NCBI GenBank assembly: GCA_039714175.1
Contig: JBDLJV010000001.1
Span: forward strand, 1-40,104
DNA length: 40,104 nt
Source: Actinomycetota bacterium
GTDB taxonomy: Bacteria > Actinomycetota > Acidimicrobiia > Spongiisociales > UBA5794
Reading direction: 5' to 3'
Part shown: piece by piece, positions 16,988 to 24,971 of the stretch
Layout: every line of letters begins with the position of its first letter
Numbering within the stretch: the stretch's first letter is position 1
Program-made: the position numbers and the translations under genes
The notes under the pieces: model-generated
Databases searched by the model: none
Told to the model about the DNA's origin: nothing
What the model saw: the letters and a program-made list of their open reading frames with translations, nothing else

Positions 16988-17564
16988 TCGCGAGGATCTC
17001 GATCTCGAACGTAAGTGCCTCACCGGCCAGCTGGTGGTTGACATCGAGCTTGACCGTTTCATCGGTTACCTCGAGGACGATTGCTGGCTGGCCGTTCGTG
17101 AGGTACACCTCATCGCCGACCTTGACATCGTCCTGGTCGGGATTGAGAGGGACCTCGATGACGTTCTCTTCGCTCCACTCGCCATAGGCATCCTTCGGCT
17201 CCATGCGAACTGTGTTCACATCGCCGACCTTCCCGCCTCTGACTGCTTCATCGAAGCCGGAGATCACCTGACCCGTGCCCACGGTGAATGTGAACGGCGT
17301 GCCGCGATCGCGTGACGAGTCGAACTGCGAGCCGTCATCGAGTGTTCCTACGTAGTGGACGTCGACGGTGTCTCCATCTTGCACGATGAATCCCTCCTCC
17401 GGGATATCTTGGGTTGTCGAGGTTGTGTCGGGGGTCTCGTCCGTCACCGCCGTCGTCGTCGTGCCGGCCGCCTCGGCATCGGCGTCGCCAGCTTCAGCAC
17501 CGGAACAGGCTGCAGCGAGAAGTCCGAGGGCGAGGACCAGAACGGTGATGTGACGCGAACGCAT
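16974..17564 (-). CDS. FKBP-type peptidyl-prolyl isomerase lipoprotein (SlyD-like with insert-in-flap domain)
   Basis: 196 aa. Signal peptide with lipobox LLAAAC. FKBP core VHYVGTLDDGSQFDSS...FTVGTGQVISGFDEAV. Its 3' end overlaps the convergent ABC gene by 14 nt. Confidence 0.85.
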   Translation of the reverse strand: MRSRHITVLVLALGLLAAACSGAEAGDADAEAAGTTTTAVTDETPDTTSTTQDIPEEGFIVQDGDTVDVHYVGTLDDGSQFDSSRDRGTPFTFTVGTGQVISGFDEAVRGGKVGDVNTVRMEPKDAYGEWSEENVIEVPLNPDQDDVKVGDEVYLTNGQPAIVLEVTDETVKLDVNHQLAGEALTFEIEILAITRG

Positions 17565-17623
17565 GTGAACTCCGGGATGTTGGGATCTCCGAAAGGGTAC
17601 CGGAACGACTGCATACTCCCATG

Positions 17624-17691
17624 ACCGACATCCGACATCCGAGAGTGAGGCGTAGCCGAACGTTCGGATATCCGATATCCGAGAACGGAGA
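17624..17691. repeat. Two heptanucleotide blocks (accgaca tccgaca tccgaga / tcggata tccgata tccgaga acggaga) flanking the palindrome CCGAACGTTCGG (17656-17667)
   Basis: Read directly in the spacer between the cytosine deaminase stop and the FKBP start. Confidence 0.85.
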
Positions 17692-17724
17692 CCTGCTGTC
17701 GGTTCCGTGCAGGTGCACCGCGGG

Positions 17725-18174
17725 CTACTCGCCGATGTCCTCGTTCCACAACTCTGGATTCTCGCTGATGAACTCCTCCATCATCCGGACACACTCGGAG
17801 TCGTCAGCAACGACAACCTCGACACCACGGCTCCGAAGCAGGTCCTCCCCGCCCATGAAGGTCCGATTCTCGCCGATCACGACACGGGGTATCCCGTAGA
17901 GCAGAATCGCACCGGTGCACATGTCGCACGGCGAGAGCGTCGTGTACATCGTGGAACGTTGATACACGGCGGCTGGTTGGCGTCCGGCGATCTCCAGGGC
18001 ATCCGTCTCTCCATGCCGGATCGGAGACCCGAGTTGGATTCTGCGATTGCGACCTGCGCCAAGTGATTCGCCATCTGCAGCAAGCACAGCGCCAATGGGG
18101 ATGCCCCCTTCGGACAAGCCGATCTTCGCCTGCTCAATCGCCATCGCCAGAAAGCGGGCATCATCTTCGGTCAT
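17725..18174 (-). CDS. Cytosine deaminase, Fcy1/CDA-fold (cytidine/deoxycytidylate deaminase zinc-binding family)
   Basis: 149 aa. Zinc motifs HGE and PCDMC. End-to-end resemblance to yeast-type cytosine deaminase (...VVIGENRTFMGGEDLLRSRGVEVVV...). Its start overlaps the stop of the ABC permease gene. Confidence 0.75.
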   Translation of the reverse strand: MTEDDARFLAMAIEQAKIGLSEGGIPIGAVLAADGESLGAGRNRRIQLGSPIRHGETDALEIAGRQPAAVYQRSTMYTTLSPCDMCTGAILLYGIPRVVIGENRTFMGGEDLLRSRGVEVVVADDSECVRMMEEFISENPELWNEDIGE

Positions 18175-19079
18175 CAGTCCCTCCTATAGGGCTTCAAGTA
18201 CGCTCCCGGATACTCGACGTTCCGACCCGATATCGCCAACGCAGCGACGACAACCAGATACGGCATAGCGAGCAGGAGTTCGAACGGCACGGTGTCCCAA
18301 CCGGGAAGGATCCGGAGGCGCAGTTGCAGGGAGAAGACGCCTGCGAAGACGAGAGCCCCGACCACACCACGCCAGATCCGCCACCGTCCGAAGATCACGA
18401 GGGCGATCACAACCCACCCTCGTCCTGCGATGATGCCAAGGGTGAAGGTTCCAAGGGTTGCCAAGGTGATGAACGCGCCGCCAACAGCTGCGAGAGCGCT
18501 GCCGATCATCAACGCCATGTAGCGGTAGAAGGAAACGGACAAGCCAGCCGCATCCGCAGCCTCCGGATTCTCACCCACCGCCCGGGTTCCCAGCCCGAAT
18601 GACGTTGATCGCAGCACCCACCACCCGAGCGGGGCCACGACCAGGAAAGCGACGTAGGTCAACGCGTACTGACTGAAGACATTGTCCGGTCCAAACGGTT
18701 CCAGCAGTCGGTAGGACTCGATACGGCGCAGGCCTTGCGAGCTGCCGAAGTAGAGGCGATTGATGAACTCGGAGATCCCGATGAGACCCAGTGTCAGACC
18801 GATCCCTGCAACGTGTTGGCTTGTTCCGAGGGTCACACTGAAGAGGCCCATGATCGCTCCGGAAGCCACTCCCACAATGATGGCTGCGAGGATTCCAAGC
18901 TCAAGCGATCCGGTAACGGCTGCCGCCGCGAATCCGAAGAACGCACCTGCGTACATGGTCCCTTCAATCCCGAGATTGAGGATCCCGGCCTTTTCTGCAT
19001 ATGTCTCCCCGACCACCCCGAAGACAAGAGGGGTTGCGTTTCTCAGGGTTGCAGTCAGGACATCGAACAGGAAGATCAC
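18174..19079 (-). CDS. BMP-family (nucleoside/purine-pyrimidine) ABC importer permease 2
   Basis: 301 aa polytopic protein of the branched-chain/ribose-type permease family (YufQ/NupQ-like). Overlaps the upstream permease gene. Confidence 0.85.
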   Translation of the reverse strand: MIFLFDVLTATLRNATPLVFGVVGETYAEKAGILNLGIEGTMYAGAFFGFAAAAVTGSLELGILAAIIVGVASGAIMGLFSVTLGTSQHVAGIGLTLGLIGISEFINRLYFGSSQGLRRIESYRLLEPFGPDNVFSQYALTYVAFLVVAPLGWWVLRSTSFGLGTRAVGENPEAADAAGLSVSFYRYMALMIGSALAAVGGAFITLATLGTFTLGIIAGRGWVVIALVIFGRWRIWRGVVGALVFAGVFSLQLRLRILPGWDTVPFELLLAMPYLVVVAALAISGRNVEYPGAYLKPYRRD

Positions 19080-20167
19080 GATGTGTCCACCTCCACGACT
19101 TCTGCCAGGGCACCTTCTCCCGACGCATCATCAACCACAGGTTCCCGCACCTTGTGGTGGTACCTCCGGTAAGCCAGGACGCCGACGGTTACCAGGAGGA
19201 CCGTTGCCTCGATGACATCCCCCAGTTGCGACGGAACACCCAGGACACGACCGGCCGACCCAGCTCCAACATTGAGATCCGCAAGCAACAACGCCGCGAG
19301 CACAACCGTGGGCATCGCCAGGGCTCCGAGCGTCGCCACCACGATGCCCGTGTAGCCGAACCCTGCCGAGAGCCCGCTTGTGAGCCGGTACTGGATTCCG
19401 CTCACCTCGCTCGCTCCGGCAATCCCCGCAATGGCTCCACTCGTCAGAGCGACCGTTAGCAGCGTGCGTCCAACACTGATTCCGGCGAATCGAGCAGCGT
19501 TGGGCCCAGAGCCGACAGCACGTACCCGAAGACCCGCAACGGTTCGAGACAGCACGAACCACACCAGGGCCGCTATTGCCAACCCGATCAGGAAGCCGAG
19601 GTGGAGTCTCGATCTCGGGATCAGGATCGGAAACTGCGCTGACTCTGCGATCCGCTCGGACTCCGGGAAGCCAGTCTCGGGGTCTGCCCACGGTCCATTG
19701 AGAAGCGCCATCACAACCAGGAGTGCTACGGGATTCAGCAGCAGTGTTGTGACGACCTCATCGATTCCGAGTCTGACACGGAGCAGGGCGGGCACGAGTG
19801 CCCAGAGCGCTCCCGCCGCTGCGCCGGCAAGGACCACAGCGGGCAGAACGAGAAAGCGCGATTGATTTCCGGCAAGCATGCCGACTGCGGCACCGGCAAC
19901 AGCCCCCATGAGCAGTTGTCCCTCGGCACCGATGTTCCAGTACCCGGCGCGGAATGCCAACGCTACCGACACGCCGGTGAGAATCAACGGGATCGACGAG
20001 ACCAGTACTTCCTGAGCGGAGAATCGGGATGTCAGTGGTGATATGAGGAATTCGACATAGGCGGCGAATGGATTGGCGCCGGCCAACATGATGAACGGTG
20101 CCGTGATAACAAAGGTGCCCAATACGATGAGGCCTGCTGTCGTCGCTCCTCGTCTCCAATGTTCCAC
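19076..20167 (-). CDS. BMP-family ABC importer permease 1
   Basis: 363 aa polytopic, YufP/NupP-like. Confidence 0.85.
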   Translation of the reverse strand: MEHWRRGATTAGLIVLGTFVITAPFIMLAGANPFAAYVEFLISPLTSRFSAQEVLVSSIPLILTGVSVALAFRAGYWNIGAEGQLLMGAVAGAAVGMLAGNQSRFLVLPAVVLAGAAAGALWALVPALLRVRLGIDEVVTTLLLNPVALLVVMALLNGPWADPETGFPESERIAESAQFPILIPRSRLHLGFLIGLAIAALVWFVLSRTVAGLRVRAVGSGPNAARFAGISVGRTLLTVALTSGAIAGIAGASEVSGIQYRLTSGLSAGFGYTGIVVATLGALAMPTVVLAALLLADLNVGAGSAGRVLGVPSQLGDVIEATVLLVTVGVLAYRRYHHKVREPVVDDASGEGALAEVVEVDTS

Positions 20168-20168
20168 G

Positions 20169-21689
20169 TCACGCCACCTCCGTGTGCCCTGCCATCAACA
20201 GGCCCAGTTGATCGCGATCAGCCTCCGGTGCATTCACGCGGCCTGCGATCCGACCGTCGTAGAGGACGATCAACCGGTCCGACAGCTGAAGCAATTCATC
20301 GAGATCCTCGCTCATGAGAACGATTGCGGCCCCCTTCTGACGCATCGCCAGCAGCTCACTTCGCACATACGCCGTGGCCCCTATGTCAAGCCCACGTGTC
20401 GGTTGGGAAACCACGATCACACGCGGCTCTCGAACCAGTACACGAGCAAGCAGGACCTTCTGGATGTTTCCGCCCGAGAGCGTCTTCACGAGATCGTCGG
20501 GACCAGCTTTGATCGAGAATCTGTCGATCAGATCAAGTGCATTTGCCCGAATCCGATCGCGATCGAGAACGAATCCCTTTCCGACTTCCTCGAGATGCTC
20601 CAACATCAGGTTGTTGGCGACCGACATATCACCAACCAACGCCTCGTGGCGATCCTCCGGAATCCGACCGACTCCCGCAGCGACAACCTGGTTCGGATTC
20701 CTGCCAGCGATCTCAGCCCCGTTCGCCATGATGGATCCGGCAGTCGGTTTCCGCATCCCCGACAGCACCTCGGCGAGCTCGGTTTGACCATTGCCTGAGA
20801 CACCGGCCACCCCGAGAATCTCGCCAGAGGCGACATCGAAGTCGACACCGGAAAGCGCTGGAAGGCCGAGTCGGCCATTCGCCGACAGGTCTGAGACCTC
20901 AAGTACCTTTTCTCCAGACTCGACTCCGAGTCGAGGTTGCAGTGCTTCGGCAGGGCGCCCCACCATCCACGACGCCAATCCTGCAGCATCGACCTCATCG
21001 GTCTCGGTTGTGTGAACGACCTTCCCGTGACGAAGAACCGTTACCCGATCCGTCAACTCCATCACCTCAGGAAGCTTGTGGCTGATGAAGACGATGGCCA
21101 TACCGCTGGCCCGAAGTTTGTCGAGCGTTGCGAACAGGGTCCTGATCTCCTGCGGAGTGAGCACCGCTGTCGGTTCGTCAAGGATGAGAACGCGACAATC
21201 CCTATAGAGCGCCTTGAGAATCTCCACGCGTTGCTGCTCGCCCACTGAGAGGTCCACGAGACGGCGATCGGGATCCACATCGATTCCGAAACGCTCAGAA
21301 GCGTTCTCCACGAGAGACTTCGCTCGCGCTGGGTCAAGTATCCGTCCACCAGTTCGACCGAGGATGATGTTCTCGGTGACGGTCATCGGCTTCACGAGAG
21401 CGAAGTGCTGTGTCACCATCCCGATTCCGGCGTCTATGGCACCCTTCGGTGACGCTATGTTCGCTGGGGCACCATCGACATGGATCTCTCCCTCATCGGG
21501 AGCCGAGAGACCGTAGAGAATGCGCATCAAGGTTGTCTTCCCGGCACCATTCTCGCCGAGAACACCGTGAACCTCTCCACCCCACAGCGACAGGTTGACA
21601 CCGTCGTTTGCCAGCACGTCTCCGAAACGTTTGCTGATCGACCTCAGTTCGACAACTGGAGTCGTCAAGGAGTCACCTGTCGCTGTCAT
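20169..21689 (-). CDS. ABC importer ATPase with duplicated ATP-binding cassettes
   Basis: 506 aa. Walker A GENGAGKTT, signature LSVGEQQRVEI, and a second cassette GVSGNGQTE / LSGGNIQKV, as in sugar/nucleoside CUT2 ATPases. Confidence 0.92.
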   Translation of the reverse strand: MTATGDSLTTPVVELRSISKRFGDVLANDGVNLSLWGGEVHGVLGENGAGKTTLMRILYGLSAPDEGEIHVDGAPANIASPKGAIDAGIGMVTQHFALVKPMTVTENIILGRTGGRILDPARAKSLVENASERFGIDVDPDRRLVDLSVGEQQRVEILKALYRDCRVLILDEPTAVLTPQEIRTLFATLDKLRASGMAIVFISHKLPEVMELTDRVTVLRHGKVVHTTETDEVDAAGLASWMVGRPAEALQPRLGVESGEKVLEVSDLSANGRLGLPALSGVDFDVASGEILGVAGVSGNGQTELAEVLSGMRKPTAGSIMANGAEIAGRNPNQVVAAGVGRIPEDRHEALVGDMSVANNLMLEHLEEVGKGFVLDRDRIRANALDLIDRFSIKAGPDDLVKTLSGGNIQKVLLARVLVREPRVIVVSQPTRGLDIGATAYVRSELLAMRQKGAAIVLMSEDLDELLQLSDRLIVLYDGRIAGRVNAPEADRDQLGLLMAGHTEVA

Positions 21690-21698
21690 TCGTCGAGA

Positions 21699-22736
21699 TC
21701 AGCCGCCGATTGATCCAGCGGGTTCTTCCTCGTTGATGTTCACCCGGAAGACACCACTCCTGATGTCTGCCTCTGTGGCCTCCACCATGTCGATGAGTGC
21801 TTGATCCACTCCTCCGGTCACGGACGTGTTGATCGGAGCCAGCGAGGCGCCTCCCTTGGCAAGCATGCTGAAGTCCTTGAGATCTTGTGCCGTATAGGCG
21901 CCAGCGGCTACCTGATCAATGACATAGGCCACTGTCGGCGCCATGTCCCAGACCACACTCGACACGACGCTCTCCGGAGCAAGCTCCTGCTGATCCGACA
22001 TGTTGCCGAATGAGAACGCGCCCTTCTCCTGGGCTGCCTCGATCACACCGAACCGTTCGGCGTAGAGCACATCCGCGCCTGCATCGATCTGGGCGAGAGC
22101 TGCTTCTTTGGCTGCTGCCGGATCAAACCAACTGTTGATGAACGTGACCTTCACTTCGACACTCTCGTTCGTCGACTGAGCACCAGCGACGAACGCGTTC
22201 GTGATGCGGTTGACCTCAGGAACCGGATGGCCCCCGACCACGCCAACGACGCCAGAAGTGGTGAGTCCGCCGGCGAGCATGCCAGCGAGATAGGCCGGCT
22301 CATGAATCCAGTTGTCAAACACTGAGAAGTTCGGATCTGCCGGTCCGCCGCCTGATCCGAAGACGAACGCTATGTCCGGGTATGCAGCAGCGACCCGCCG
22401 AACCGCATCCTCGTTCCCAAATGCATCACCGAAGATGATGTCGGGCTTGTCTTGCTCGGACACCTCGGTGAGGATCCGTTCCATGTCGCCCGAGTAGCCG
22501 ATGTCATCCGTGAACTCGTAGGTGATGTTCCCTGCTTCTTCCTCGGCAAGCAACGCGCGGTGGATGACCCCGTCCCACGGTTCTTCGATCTGGGTGGCGA
22601 AGGCGCCGAAGACAGAGATCGTTTCGCCGTCGGCCGCTTCCTCACCGGAATCACTGCTGCACGCAGCCGCAGCGAGTGTGGTGATCACCACCAGCAATAC
22701 CAAGAAGACTTTCGAACGGTAGGGCATCCTGCTCAT
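21699..22736 (-). CDS. BMP-family (Med/PnrA-like) substrate-binding lipoprotein
   Basis: 345 aa from the ATG at 22736, preceded by GAGGAGG. Lipobox LAAAAC. BMP-like core (GGHPVPEVNRITNAFVAGAQS...). N-terminal extension in the track ORF trimmed. Confidence 0.85.
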   Translation of the reverse strand: MSRMPYRSKVFLVLLVVITTLAAAACSSDSGEEAADGETISVFGAFATQIEEPWDGVIHRALLAEEEAGNITYEFTDDIGYSGDMERILTEVSEQDKPDIIFGDAFGNEDAVRRVAAAYPDIAFVFGSGGGPADPNFSVFDNWIHEPAYLAGMLAGGLTTSGVVGVVGGHPVPEVNRITNAFVAGAQSTNESVEVKVTFINSWFDPAAAKEAALAQIDAGADVLYAERFGVIEAAQEKGAFSFGNMSDQQELAPESVVSSVVWDMAPTVAYVIDQVAAGAYTAQDLKDFSMLAKGGASLAPINTSVTGGVDQALIDMVEATEADIRSGVFRVNINEEEPAGSIGG

Positions 22737-22850
22737 CGGCTCCTCCTCATGATCGGGATGGCTACGCGTCGCGGCGTTCTTCATCCACCCCGTTCCCGGC
22801 ATCGTACAAGAATCGGTGTGGCGATATCTATCAAAACCGACCGGGTTACG

Positions 22851-22867
22851 TAGTCAGATTCTGACTA
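22851..22867. promoter_or_regulatory. AT-rich palindrome TAGTCAG-att-CTGACTA upstream of the BMP transporter operon
   Basis: Exact 7-bp arms about 115-130 nt upstream (minus sense) of the 22736 start. Candidate operator. Confidence 0.35.
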
Positions 22868-22960
22868 GGAGCGGCCGGTCGGATCATCGTGTGGTCTCTC
22901 CCGACGAGCCCGTGGTTGAACTCGCTGAGGATCGCGCGACGGCTTCCTCAAGTGTGTGAT

Positions 22961-22988
22961 GCTGAAACCTGAAACCTGAAACCTCAAC
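22961..22988. repeat. Tandem heptanucleotide array (gctgaaa cctgaaa cctgaaa cctcaac)
   Basis: Four in-phase 7-mers, 12 nt upstream of copy 3 of the 36-nt repeat. Confidence 0.85.
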
Positions 22989-22999
22989 TCCCTCTGCAT

Positions 23000-23035
23000 C
23001 CCCCTCCTGGCTCGCAAGCTCGCCCGTCCTCCCAC
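23000..23035 (+). repeat. 36-nt dispersed repeat, copy 3
   Basis: 35/36 identical to 733-768 (CGCCCGT versus CGCCTGT). Followed by a 6-bp hairpin GTCCTC-n9-GAGGAC, as in copy 2. Confidence 0.9.
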
Positions 23036-23127
23036 AAGGCGAGGACCGTTGGAAAGATGCCTCACCTCGTGGATTGAGGGTGAATGGGGAACTCGGAAGC
23101 GGAAGTGGGAACCGGTAGCCCAAAGCA

Positions 23128-23154
23128 AGAGGGGCCGGCGATGCCGGCCCCTCT
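23128..23154 (-). terminator. Intrinsic-terminator-like hairpin after the uracil permease gene
   Basis: 12-bp GC-rich stem AGAGGGGCCGGC-gat-GCCGGCCCCTCT, 17 nt past the stop (23171). Followed on the minus strand by UGCUUUGGG, a short U-run. Confidence 0.5.
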
Positions 23155-23170
23155 CAGCGTCTGTTGATTG

Positions 23171-24406
23171 CTACTCGACGTCCGGAGCCATTGCGAATTC
23201 GTCCTCTTCTGCCGGTTCCGGCAGAATCAGATTGACGATCACGCCAACGACGGCGGCAAGTGCGAGACCCGAGATCGGCACATCACCGATGGCAAGGGTA
23301 TTGGTAAGACCGCTGACACCAAGACCGAACACGAGGATCAGTCCAACAACGATCATGTTGCGACTCTTCATGAAGTCGACCTGTGCGTTCACCAGTGTCC
23401 TCAAACCGACCGCTGCGATCATTCCGAAGAGAACGATCGACAGTCCGCCAAGTACTGGAACCGGTGTGGTCCTCAGGATGGCGGCCAGTTTCGGAATCAG
23501 GGCAAGCACGATTGCGAAACCCGCACCGATTCGGAGGATGAGCGGGTCGTACACCTTCGTGACGGCCAGCACGCCCGTGTTCTCCGAATACGTCGTGTTC
23601 GGTGGGCCACCGATCAGACCGGCGAACAGCGTCGCGATACCGTCGCCGAGGAGCGTTCGCTCCAGGCCGGGCTCCTCGAAGAAGTCCTTTCCGACAACAC
23701 TGCCGTTGGCCATGATGTCACCGACATGCTCGATCATGGTCACGAACGCGATCGGTGCGATGAGAGCAACCGGTGCCCATGAGATGTCTCCAAAGCCCCA
23801 TGTGAACTCGGGAAGACCGACCCACGCTGCCTCACCGACAGCAGCGAAGCTGAAGTCAGGGAAGAAGATTGCTCCGAGGATGTAGCCGACGACCGCTGCA
23901 GTGAGGATCGGCAGCATCCGGAACAAGCCTTTGAAGAACACCGCCGCAATGACCGCGGTCAGCATCGTGACGAGCGCCAACCACCAGGCACCCTCTGACA
24001 TATTGATGGCGATCGGCGCCAGCGTGATTCCGATGACGATGATGACCGGTCCGGTCACGATCGGCGGGAAAACTCGCTGGATCACTTCGTGACCGACTGC
24101 CGCCACAAGGAGGCTCATCGCGGTGTAGAGGACACCGGCGGCCATGATCCCGAGTCCGATTGCTGCCCACGTGTAGTCACGTTCGGTGGCGAGGATGATC
24201 GCTGGGATGAACGCAAATGACGAACCCAGGAATACCGGCACCATCCGCTTGGTCACAAGGTGGAACAGCAACGTACCAACTCCGGCGGCAAGCAATGCCA
24301 CCGACGGATTGAGTCCTGTCAACAACGGCACAAGGACCGTTGCTCCGAACATGGCCACGACGTGCTGCAAGCCCAGCACCGTCTTCTTTTGCATCGTCAT
24401 TTCCAT
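23171..24406 (-). CDS. NCS2-family uracil/xanthine permease (UraA/PyrP-like)
   Basis: 411 aa from MEMTMQKK, with SD GGAGAGG 8 nt upstream. N-terminal LGLQHVVAMFGATVLVPLLTG is the canonical NCS2 motif. Confidence 0.88.
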   Translation of the reverse strand: MEMTMQKKTVLGLQHVVAMFGATVLVPLLTGLNPSVALLAAGVGTLLFHLVTKRMVPVFLGSSFAFIPAIILATERDYTWAAIGLGIMAAGVLYTAMSLLVAAVGHEVIQRVFPPIVTGPVIIVIGITLAPIAINMSEGAWWLALVTMLTAVIAAVFFKGLFRMLPILTAAVVGYILGAIFFPDFSFAAVGEAAWVGLPEFTWGFGDISWAPVALIAPIAFVTMIEHVGDIMANGSVVGKDFFEEPGLERTLLGDGIATLFAGLIGGPPNTTYSENTGVLAVTKVYDPLILRIGAGFAIVLALIPKLAAILRTTPVPVLGGLSIVLFGMIAAVGLRTLVNAQVDFMKSRNMIVVGLILVFGLGVSGLTNTLAIGDVPISGLALAAVVGVIVNLILPEPAEEDEFAMAPDVE

Positions 24407-24623
24407 AGGGTTTTCCTCTCCCAATCGCGAAGAGAGCCACCCCAATCGAGGTGACTCCCTTTCCTATATGTCGAGCTTGTTGCCCGTACCTGACCCGTAC
24501 CGCTTCCGGTGGCGAAAACTGTCGCGGGCTTGTCATTGATTGATGGTGCAGCAAATAAGCAGCCACCCCCCCTTGTTGCGCTGCCCAGTCTTCGCTGGCT
24601 GCCATCAAGGTATGACAATTAGA

Positions 24624-24971
24624 TCATGCTCCTCTGAACACCATCCCGTAGTAGTTGTCGTACGTCTCTTCACGCACGATCTCGACGCTTCCTTTCACGG
24701 CCATGCCGGCCTTCGGTTCGTCGATGTCGAGTTGCCCCAACATCCGCATCCCGTTCTCCAGCTCGACAATACCAAGTCCGAGCGTCGGAACCTCGTACTG
24801 CGGCGGCAGGTTGTAGACCCGTGTGTAGGTCAACAGCTTGCCGTCCCGCGGAAGCGGAACCGTGTCGAACTCGAAGAAGTCGTTCTGCTTGCAGTTCTTG
24901 CACACCATCCGGAACGGGTAGTGCTCCGTGTCGCACAGGCGGCACTTGTAGGCGTAGATTTCCCGAGCCAT
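24624..24971 (-). CDS. DUF35 OB-fold / zinc-ribbon protein (thiolase-partner family)
   Basis: 115 aa. Cys4 ribbon CRLCDTEHYPFRMVCKNCK followed by an OB-fold-like C-terminus. Its start overlaps the thiolase-like stop (TGATG). Confidence 0.8.
   Translation of the reverse strand: MAREIYAYKCRLCDTEHYPFRMVCKNCKQNDFFEFDTVPLPRDGKLLTYTRVYNLPPQYEVPTLGLGIVELENGMRMLGQLDIDEPKAGMAVKGSVEIVREETYDNYYGMVFRGA

Noticed and set aside
23049-23885. 278-aa plus-strand ORF antisense to the uracil permease
   Set aside because: Shadow ORF. The minus-strand frame carries the canonical NCS2 motif and a full set of TM helices.
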